This document shows positions 15,001-25,885 of a DNA stretch of 64,000 bases, one piece after another. The position numbers were made by a program, and so were the translations under genes. Position 1 is the first letter of the stretch, and every line of letters begins with the position of its first letter. The notes beneath the pieces were generated by a model. It saw only the letters and a list, made by a program, of their open reading frames with translations, had not been told where the DNA came from and searched no databases. The DNA comes from Thalia democratica (taxonomy: Eukaryota). Where the stretch lies: the NCBI GenBank assembly GCA_965202585.1, contig OZ241826.1, forward strand, positions 99,634,001-99,698,000, read 5' to 3'.

Positions 15001-17760
15001 CAGTTTTTAGCCTTCATTCTACTTGTGGCAAGCAACTTGACGTGGCAATCAATCATTCTGAGCTCCTTCAGCATGACAGCAGAGTGCTGATTGGCCAACA
15101 TGGATTTGTACGGTGAACATTCTTAAACAGTTTTTGCCTCCATTCTACTTGTGGCAAGCAACTTGACGTGACAATCAGTTATTCTGACATCCTTCAGCAA
15201 GACTGCAGAGTGCTGATTGGCCAACATGGATTTGTACGGTGAATACTTTCAAACAGTTTTTGCCTTCATTCTACTTGTGGCAAGCAACTTGACGTGACAA
15301 TAAGTCATTCTGACCTCCTTCAGCATGACTGCAGAGTGCTGATTAGTCAACATGGCTTTGTACGGTGAACACTCTCAAAAAGTTTTTGCCTTCATTCTAC
15401 TTGTGGTACGCAACTTGACGTGACAATCAGTTATTCTGACCTCCTTCAGCAAGACGGCAGAGTGCTGATTGGTCAACATGGATTTGTACGGTGAACACTT
15501 TCAAACAGTTTTTACCTTCATGCCTCTTGTGGCAAGCAACTTGACGTGACAATCAATCATTCTGAGCTCCTTCAGCATGACAGCAGAGTGCTGATTGGCC
15601 AACATGGATTTGTACGGTGAACATTCTTAAACAGTTTTTGCCTCCATTCTACTTGTGGCAAGCAACTTGACGTGACAATCAGTTATTCTGACATCCTTCA
15701 GCAAGACTGCAGAGTGCTGATTGGCCAACATGGATTTACGGTGAATACTTTCAAACAGTTTTTGCCTTCATTCTACTTGTGGCAAGCAACTTGACGTGAC
15801 AATAAGTCATTCTGACCTCCTTCAGCATGACTGCAGAGTGCTGATTAGTCAACATGGCTTTGTACGGTGAACACTCTCAAAAAGTTTTTGCCTTCATTCT
15901 ACTTGTGGTACGCAACTTGACGTGACAATCAGTTATTCTGACCTCCTTCAGCAAGACGGCAGAGTGCTGATTGGCCAACATGGATTTGTATGGTGAACAT
16001 TCTCAAACAGTTTTTGCCTCCATTCTACTTGTGGCAAGCAACTTGACGTGACAATCAGTTATTCTGACATCCTTCAGCAAGACTGCAGAGTGCTGATTGG
16101 CCAACATGGATTTGTACGGTGAATACTTTCAAACAGTTTTTGCCTTCATTCTACTTGTGACTATCAGTCATTCTGACCTCCTTCAGCATGACGGCAGAGT
16201 GCTGATTGGCCAACATGGATTTGTACGGTGAACACTTTCAAACAGTTTTGGCCTTCATGCCTCTTGTGTCAAGCAACTTGACATGACTATAAGTCATTCT
16301 GACCTCCTTCAGCATGACGGCAGAGTGCTGATTGGCCAACATGGATTTGTACGGTGAACACTTTCAAACAGTTTTGGCCTTCATGCCTCTTGTGTCAAGC
16401 AACTTGACATGACTATAAGTCATTCTGACCTCCTTCAGCAAGACGGCAGAGTGCTGATTGTTCAACATGGATTTGTACGGTGAACACTTTCAAACAGTTT
16501 TGGCCTTCATGCCTCTTGTGTCAAGCAACTTGACGTGACAATAAGTCATTCTGACCTCCTTCAGCATGACTGCAGAGTGCTGATTAGTCAACATGGCTTT
16601 GTACGGTGAACACTCTCAAACAGTTTTTGCCTTCATTCTACTTGTGGCAAGCAACTTGACGTGACAATCAGTCATTCTGACCTCCTTCAGCATGACGGCA
16701 GAGTGATGATTGCTTAACATGGATTCGTACTGTGAATACTCTCAAACAGTTTTTGCCTTCATTCTACTTGTGGCAAGCAACTTGACATGACAATCAGTCA
16801 TTCTGACCTCCTTCAGCAAGACTGCAGAGTGCTGATTAGCCAACATGGCTTTGTACGGTGAACACTCTCAAATGGTTTTGGCCTTCAAGCCACTTGTGGC
16901 AAGCAACTTGACGTGACAATCAGTCATTCTGACCTCCTTCAACATGACGGCAGATTGCTGATTGGCCAACATGGATTTGTACGGTGAACACTTTCAAACA
17001 GTTTTTACCTCCATTCTACTTGTAGCAAGCAAATTGACGTGGCAAGCAGTCATTCTGACCTTCTTCAGCATGACAGCAGAGTACTGATTGGCCAACATGG
17101 ATTTGTACGGTGAATACTCTCAAACAGTTTTTGCCTTCATTCTACTTGTGGCAAGCAACTTGACTTGACAATCAGTCATTTCGACCTCCTTCAGCATGAC
17201 TGCAGAGTGCTGATTGGCCAACATGGATTTGTACGGTGAATACTCTCAAACAGTTTTTGCCTTCATTCTACTTGTGGCAAGATACTTGACTTGACAATCA
17301 GTCATTTCGACCTCCTTCAGCATGACTGCAGAGTGCTGATTGGCCAACATGGATTTGTACGGTGAACACTCTCAAACAGTTTTTGCCTTCATTCTACTTG
17401 TGGCAAGCAACTTGACGTGACAATCAGTTATTCTGACCTCCTTCAGCAAGACTGCAGAGTGCTGATTGGTCAACATGGATTCGTACGGTGAATACTCTCA
17501 AACAGTTTTTGCCTTCATTCTACTTGTGGCAAGCAACTTGACGTGACAATTAGTTATTCTGACCTCCTTCAGCATGACAGCAGAGTGCTGATTGGCCAAC
17601 ATGGATTTGTACGGTGAACATTCTCAAACAGTTTTTGCCTTCATTCAACTTGTGGCAAGCAACTTGACGTGACAATCAGTCATTCTGAGCTCCTCAGCAT
17701 GACGGCAGAGTCCTGATTGACCAACATGGCTCAAACGGTATTGACCTTCATGCCACCTGT
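1..17760. repeat. Tandem satellite array, 125/126-bp monomer (about 140 copies), with 109-bp deletion monomers
   Basis: GAGTCCTGATTGG recurs at 1 and 127 (126-bp period) and continuously to ~17,740. The monomer is 57/126 G+C against strongly AT-rich flanks. Every frame carries at least one stop per monomer, and 125- and 109-bp units break frame. Confidence 0.98.
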
Positions 17761-19614
17761 GACGATGACGTAGGTTTTCCTGTTGTGTATATATGATGTT
17801 TTAACAACTGACTATTTATTTACAATATAATTATAGAATTCACAACCCATTATTATTATTCTTGATTATATTTTTTGTGTATTGTGAATCATGAAACTTA
17901 TTAGTTTTAATCACAACAAAAATACTTTTTTTAAGTGTCATATATACCTTTAATATGTCGGAGCTTCAAAATTGCTTTGTTAAAAGCATATTGAAACTAC
18001 TATTTAAAAATAATTTTGACTGACCTCAAATTAACGGAATTACAAGTTAGTTCATTTTGGTTACAAAAAAAAGACCAAAGTAATCTAAACTAATTAAAAA
18101 TTAGCAAGTTATTAATTGAAAAATACATTTTAAGTTGTTATCAAAATAAATTATTTAACAACATGTTAACAAATTTCGACAGACATAACTTTGGTACACA
18201 TATAGTAACAGCTTACAAGGTTTTTTTTTTTTTTTTGTAAGTAACAAACTTCACTTTCTTTTTTCAATATTAGTATTTAGATTGTGCGAATTGCATTGTA
18301 CAGGCTTAAAAACATATTTCGTCATTATTTGTTACAATTTAACATAAAAAAAGAATATTTATTATTTTATTACTTAACCAAATCATTATTGTATATAAAA
18401 AACAGTTTTAGACTATTCTACACACGACCAAATTTGTGGTTCATAAATTGAAGTTCAAAATAGTCAAATTATCACCGGCAATTGGCAATTAAATAGTCGG
18501 CACTTTAAATGCCACAATAACTGTTTCAATTGTATAAAAAAAATAAGTTTTACTAAATTTGCAATAAAAACTTATAACTCTACTAATAAATTGTAACAGA
18601 AGTATTTATAATTTTTTATACACATTTATTTTTATAAGCTTTAGTAGGAAATTTGATAAAAATATTCTTTTAATTTTGGCAATTATACAAATGAAGATTT
18701 ATTTTTCTACATACAAAAGCAATAACTGCTGGGTACATTTAATTTGAGTCAAATTCGTTTACAATTTAATGTTATAAAAACAGAACAAGTTATAATATAA
18801 CTTTAGTTTGAAAATTTTTAGCCGATAGTGAATTTTTAAATGAAATTTTAACTAATAAAAATGATGTTAAGTTTGAAAGCTTAAAAAAGTTTAGAAAACA
18901 CTGACTAAGATTTTATCAACAAGTAATTTTTTTAAACTATTATACAAAACAAAGTAGTAGCGTAATGAAGCAAATAAGGTTGTGTAGTGAAAATCAAAAC
19001 TGATTTGAAATAACTAATATTCTATTTAACTGTATAAACATTAACAAACTCTTGTGGCTTCGGTTTAAGTGTATTCAAATATTGAGTGTTAAACTTTAAA
19101 GCTATGAGTGCTTTTATACAGCTTGTACTTTGATTTTTTTTATTTATAAAAATTTCTTAAAAAACTAATCTAAACTTGAAGTTATATTAATTACTTAAAA
19201 TAAATAAAATATATTTGCAGGATAAAAAATAGTCTAATAAAAAATAATTGTTAAAAAACGCATCTAAAAGTGCATAAACTCTTAAATTAAGAATCGAAAT
19301 AAAATACTAAAATCAATATCAAACTAGTTAGAAGAAGTCTTCATTCAAAAATAATAATTATTAAAAATGTTTGCAAAAAAAATAATATGAAACTGAAATA
19401 AAAAATTAAAATATGAAAAATTTAAAAAATAAAATACTAAGTTTGATTAATCTAAAATATACCTTTCAATTAAATACAAAAGAATAGATGAAATAAAACA
19501 AACCTAAAGTTAAGTTATCTCTTCTTTGATTAATGAGTCAAAGATTGTAATCTGAAATCCTTTACTTCGTTGGTTTTGATCAACATATGTTTTGAGTCTT
19601 CTTCCCTATTTATT

Positions 19615-20876
19615 TAATTAATAGGAAAGTTGTTTAAACATGCTTTTACATTTCATTTTTAAGTGCATATTATTATACAAAATAACAAAACATTGAAATT
19701 GGTTTAAGTAAGTCTCATTCAAAATCAAGAAAAAATCTATCCTGGTATTTTGAAAATAATTTGAGTATATTCCTAGTTTTTTGTTCTACAGCTGAGACTA
19801 AATTCAAAAAATAAGATCAACTTGTAAAAACCAAATTGGCCCCCTATCCCCTTAACTTACAAACCCTATTATCAGGTTCAATGTTTGTTATTCTAGCCTA
19901 TTGTCTTTAGTCAACAGTTGTTTTCTTTTTGTAGCTTGAAATTATAAATAGTATAGTTAATATTTCCACAATAAATAAGAAGCATTACATAAGTGTTAAC
20001 AAGTGTTTTAAATTTTAGTAGAGTTACAGAGATGGTGACTAAACAAGTAGTTTTAAAGTTATTGCTAGATATTAGAATATGAGAAAATAAAAAGTTTTTG
20101 TTAAATATTTTTCAATTGGTTGGTCATTAGTACTATAGATACTTTGTCTAATAAAAAATTATCTCAAGCATATCATTCTAAACATAAAAATCAGTACAAA
20201 AGCAATATTTTCTTACAACAAGTTTGAGACTAATTTATAAAACTATATATTGATTAAATGCAAGTTTTAAAATACAAACTGTAACCAAAAAACAAACTAA
20301 ATTAACATTAAATAGTATAATATCGTAATATAAAAATTATTACAAATTACCATTCTAATGCAGTTTGTTAATGTTGGAGCTGTAATTTGCGTTTCCACAC
20401 CAATAAGACAGAAGGAAGTTCAGTTAATTTCAGTTTTGGAGATAACAAAAATTCAAATGGTTCTGTGAATTTAAAATTTAAATTAATTTTTCAATTGTTT
20501 CAGTTTGGTGAGTAGAATTTAAAGTAGTTTGCGCCTCCCATAAGGATCTTATTGTTGCCTTCGACTTTGACCGGCTATATCTCAAAAAATATTTTGAATT
20601 TTTTAAATTTGTAAAAAGCATCTTATAGCTTAATGAATACTATATAAAACAAGAACAAATTTCAAAAAAAAAGTGTCAACTCCCCTATGCCCTTAATTTG
20701 TCTTTTAAATAATTAATAGGAAAATTGTTTATACATGCTTTTACATTTCATTTTTAAGTGCATATTATCATACAAAATAACAAAGCATTGAAACTGGATT
20801 AAGTAAGTCTTATTCAAATCAAGAAAAAAATGTGTCCTGGGATTTTGAATATAATTTGAATATGTTCCTAGTTTTT
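19615..20876 (+). repeat. Dispersed direct repeat pair, ~165 bp (19615-19781 and 20710-20876)
   Basis: TAATTAATAGGAAA...CATGCTTTTACATTTCATTTTTAAGTGCATATTA...TCCTAGTTTTT is present twice, with scattered substitutions. Confidence 0.9.
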
Positions 20877-22798
20877 ATCATAGTTAAGTTCCTTAAGTTA
20901 TCCTAGTATTAAAAAAACATAAATACCCTAAGAAAAATCTAGACTTACCTTGAGTGTGTGTTTAACTTTAAATATTAATTATTTTTCTACGTTGGGCGTC
21001 CTAATTGATGTTAAAAACAGAAAAAAAAAACATAAAATTAAATTTATTTTCTCACTGCATTATTTTAAGAAAAAAACTCAAAACAACCAAATCAAATTTT
21101 AATCAATACTTTTAGGACTTCATTCAAATTTTCATAAGCTGTTATAAAAAAAATATTAAATTTAATATACAATTTTTAAAAAAATTTACAAGTTTTTTTG
21201 AGAATACTTATCTTCAATAGGTTTTTACTAAATGTCTTTGCACAATGTGATTTTGTGATAATTGTCGCATGTAAAAAAAACTTCTAGTTAATATCTCAGC
21301 TGAAGTTCATTTTTTGAGTCCTATACAGTTTACATTGTGTATGTCTTCGATTCTGCTACGCTGAAATTTTTTTCAAAATGCTAAAAATTTTGCACAGGGT
21401 GTTTTTGTGGTATTTGCCAAATGTAAAACTCTTTTTTTATTGAAAACCAATAACTTAATTTTCTAATTATAGTTTTACCCTAATGAACACCTTGTTGTAT
21501 TAAAAATATTTTTATAAACCTCTCTAATGAGCCATTTAGAAATTACTTTTTAGAAAGCCAAGTATTCTTGAAATATGTTGGTTTTGACTTTAAAATATTA
21601 AAAATATCGTATATGTACATCAAAATTAACCAAGTATAATACACTAGGACTATTTTTTATTATTTTGCTCTTGAACTATTAAATTTCAAGTTGTTTTTTT
21701 AAACTCTAGAATATTTTTTTTGAGTCCAAATCTCTAGCTAGAAATCAAAAGGAGGGAAACTAAACTTTTTTAATACTTTTTTTTTATTACAAAAAGTTCA
21801 AAATCAAAAGTAAAGTCTTTAAATATTGCAAAACTTTGCACATGGTTTACTCTATTTAAAACCTAAAAAAAGTATTATTTCAATAAAAGTTTATATCTCA
21901 GCTTTCATTACACACCAATGATATTTTTTTACCTTGATCCTTTTAAGGTCTTATAAGTCATTTGTAAAACAATTGAAAAAAGTTATCAGCAACCAAATAA
22001 AATAATTTTAAGAAAATGTAGACAAAACATATTCAAAACAACTTTATGCTTTAATTTTATAAATATTCAACTAAATATAAAAAGAACATTCAAAAATACA
22101 ATTACATATCTTTTAACCACAAAATTTATTTAAATTAGATTTTATAAGTTAAATTAAATGAACAGCAATGTTTACTTCAAAAACCTTTTGTTTTTTATCA
22201 TTCATAGGTTATATACATAAAACATAATAAAATAAATTATAAAACTATACTTACTTTTTTGAAAGGGCTGATGGATCAAAAGCGTTGAACAGTTATTTTA
22301 AAATGGTTTTCATGAATATAAACGTATAAAATTCTAAGAAAAGGTTTTGTTTTATTACTAAATAAGTTAGCATATAAAAGTAAACTATCAAAGTTCCTTT
22401 TTTGAAATAGTGATAATATCAATCGTTTAGGTTAGCATATATTGGTTTTTGATTAGAAAAATGTATAGTTAACAAAAGCTTTCCATTTTTTTCAATAAAC
22501 ACAGAGATATATTATCTTTTGAGGATAATAAAACTTTTTTTTTGTAATATTCTTAAAGTTTTAATACTTTGAAAACAAGATTATATTAAATTTGTTGACA
22601 GAAAATTTTTATTGCCAACTCCTGCTTTAAACCTAAATTACCATAATGGAATAAATTTACTAAATTATCAAATAGAAAAAAGTATAAATCTAAAACCAAT
22701 ATTTAAAAAATACGAAGGATTCTCAACAAAAGAAAATGTTCAAAATAATTTTGTATTTCAAAAGTTTCTATTAAATACCAAATTTCTTTTGTTTTTCA

Positions 22799-23172
22799 CA
22801 GAGTAACCACTTTTTTTTTTAAATTTTTCCAGGTTTTCAAAATTTCCTCCAGGTTTTTAAAAGCTCACATTTTTGGGTCTTGTTTTAGTTAAGTTTAAGG
22901 TGAAAAACTGCGTTAAATAGTAGAAAAACATTAAAAAAATACTGTAAAGCTACTTTAAATGTGTTTTTGAATAAAAAAATGTTAGATAATGACAAAAAAA
23001 ATTATCTATATAATAAATTTTTGTTTCATATTGAAATTTTTTTACGTAATATGTAAAAATTGTTTAAAATTCTAGGTTTTTCCAGGTTTTTTTTTCAAAT
23101 TTTCTCTAATTCAGGTTTTTTTGCCTAAATTGTCCAATTTCATATTTTTCTAAGTTTCCAGGTTAGGTGGCA
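22799..23172. mobile_element. Degenerate hAT-type MITE (CAGGGTTGCCA-like ends)
   Basis: Starts CAGAGTAACCACT and ends near GGTGGCATTTTC. The internal AAGTTTAAGGTGAAAAACTG and CCAGGTTTT subrepeats are shared with 29759-30071 and, inverted, with 43029-43305. Confidence 0.55.
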
Positions 23173-25234
23173 TTTTCATGTCATCTTTCTTAACTTTAAA
23201 AAATCAAGATTTCTAGGCTGCTTTGAGTTATTGGCCACCATGCTTACTTTTGATAGGTTATTAAATTGGATTTACCATCATAAAGGTCAAGTTAACTTCA
23301 ATAAAACAAAGTTTGATCTTAAGATGAAAAAGTTGTTTATACCTTCTTTTTATCATTAATACTAAGTAAATCAAATTATTTTGCTTTATAACATCTATTA
23401 TGCTACTGCTTTTTTTAGACTATTATTTATCACTGAATGATATGTCTTTTATATACAAATGACTTAACAAATAAATGAAATAGAACTTAAAAAGAATAGG
23501 TTACTGCCAAACTTAATTTTAAGAAGATACACAAGCAATTCAATAGAAATGTGAAAATTTAAAAATAGCAATCTAGGTTGCAATAATAAATGAAATATAT
23601 GATTCTTTTAATTTTATAAGTAAAAAAAATTGTATAGATTAAAGTTAAAATGATACCATTAAGATAGATTTACAACATTAAACAGTAAATTGACAGAAAA
23701 TATAATGAAAGTTGAGGAAACTGAAATCGCTTATGACTTTTAGGTAAATAAAGTTAAAAAAAATGCTGCAAGGCAATAACATAAAAGTAAAAGGTATATC
23801 TGTATCTGATAATGAAAAATTGATGGTTTCAATAGTTTATACATGAAAATAAGGTGCTGACCATAAAGAAATAGCATTGTACTTAAAAACAATTATAACC
23901 ATTTCAAGCTAAATTCAATCTCAGAGATAGTGCCTCAAATTTTTAGAAAACATAACTAAAACAGTTTAATAGAATTCTAATAATGGAATAGTCGAAGTTG
24001 AAGAAACTTAATAAAAAACAGGTAACTTTTTTGATCAAGTTTGAGTTTTTCAAGTTGAAACACTTTTAAAATAAGATTTTAATAAAATAAACCTACTGTA
24101 AAAGTTTGAAGAAGATATGTTAAAACACCAAGAATAGAGTTAAATTTAGTGAAATTGGTGTTTCCAAAGGTTTATTGAATTCTTTTTCTTGGTTATCAAA
24201 ATTTCTTTTAGATTTTTTTAAAGAACAAATACTTTTGTCTATCTTTAGCATAAAATTAAATAAAAATAAATTAAATTGTATAACAAAGAAATATACTTAA
24301 CATCTACTTCAAATGCGTTTTTAATAAAATTACTATGATAATATTTGTATATGATAGATTTTTTGTACCTAATCTAAATTAATTCTTTCACATGTAAACA
24401 TTCTTAAAAAATTCAGAATTTTCCGGGATTTTCCTTTTTTTTTTGCTAAATTATGCTCCAGGTTTTTCAAGGATGACAGGTTTTTCAGCAACTAGAAAAG
24501 TCTTTTTTCAAGTTTTTGGTTTGCTAACCATTCAACATATGTTTTAGCAACCATCATCAACTTAGGCTGCATTGGTCTTAATTTATATAAGTTAAAAAAA
24601 ATACTAATAATAACAATAACAGAACTTTAAAAAAGTTTAAAATTAGCCTAATATTTTTGGACGTAGTTTAAACAAGCATGATTTATGCAAAAAAAAACAA
24701 ATTAATTTGAGTCAGTCTGTTTAAAAATGTTTTAATAATTAAAAATAAAATCTTAAGTATCCTTTATGTTTGAAAACCCTTAATTCAGTTACAATAAAAA
24801 GAATATTTAGGAAAAAAAATTAATAATGTATTATATATCCATATGTTTTGGTTCTGTTTTCTAGAAACTCTTGGCTTTCCAAATATTATCAACATCTATG
24901 ATTATTGTCAACAATTTTAAATTTAAAAACAGGTTATTAGTTTATACTTATGGTGTGAGATGTAAGCACATGGGCTGGATATTGTGAAAAATACTGGCCC
25001 TCCAGTACTCATAAAACATAACTAGAATCATTCTACAACCCGAAAGCATGTAAGTCACACTTAGTGTTATGGAACTTACGCTAGATGTTTTGGACTTGAA
25101 AAATGAAGGACCAAAAAAATTTTTTGTACAACTTAAGAGATTTAAAACTTACAAAAGGACAATATTATTAATATATAAAAAAAAGTACACAAATATTTAG
25201 TTTTCTATCTAAATGTATTGGATAGTTGGGCAAT

Positions 25235-25885
25235 TTTCATCAATTAAATGATTATCAAATGCTAAGGCTTGCTTTATTCTTAATCTATTATTTCTAAGCT
25301 TTTGTTAATCAATGAGAGTTTTAAATTTATTACAGAAATAAAACAGATCAAGTTACTCAAAAACAAAAACGAGTACCTACAAGAGTTAGAAAAAAAACAA
25401 ATCATTTGCATTTAAAAATTTGGATAAAACAATGACATTAGGACCTGAAAAATGTGTAGTTACTTTAAAATTTCCATTCATTAACAAGAGATGAGAAATA
25501 AAAGAGAAGAAAATTGAACAATTGATAAGAAATACTTGTTTTGCAGAAACTCTAGAACCGTCTTCAGATCAAAACTACTAATAGTAAAGATCCAATACCA
25601 AACTTAAATATAAGTATGGTAATTTAATGTTACAGCTGTTGTAAAGCACGCTACATTAGATTGCCAACAACACATCTAAGGAAAAGGATAAAAGAGCATG
25701 TCCCAAAGAGAGTAGAATTTTTTTGTTTTTCAGAAAAAAAAGATGATATGCCTGTCAATGTTTTAAATGCATCTGAAAGTTCATCTATTGCAGAAATATG
25801 ATTAATAATTCAACATTTGCAAACAGTTATAATCTAAATAAATTTAAATCTATTAAAACTTGTAGTAACTCTTTTGATTTGATAA
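25235..25885 (+). mobile_element. Penelope-like retroelement remnant (RT C-terminus to GIY-YIG endonuclease), segment 1
   Basis: Decayed translation includes GPEKCVVTLKFPFINK (25441-25488) and YSCCKARYIRLPTTHLRKRIKEHVPK (~25631-25708), matching the PLE GIY-YIG pattern. Multiple stops and frameshifts. Confidence 0.85.

Noticed and set aside
1-17760. CRISPR array or giant repeat-protein gene
   Set aside because: There are no unique spacers and no cas genes. The 42-codon periodicity is broken by 125- and 109-bp monomers, and stops occur in every frame.
20940-21000. Possible spliced-leader exon (minus strand ...ACACACACTCAAG|GTAAGT)
   Set aside because: Only a donor-like motif; no recognisable leader sequence, Sm site or tandem SL gene context.
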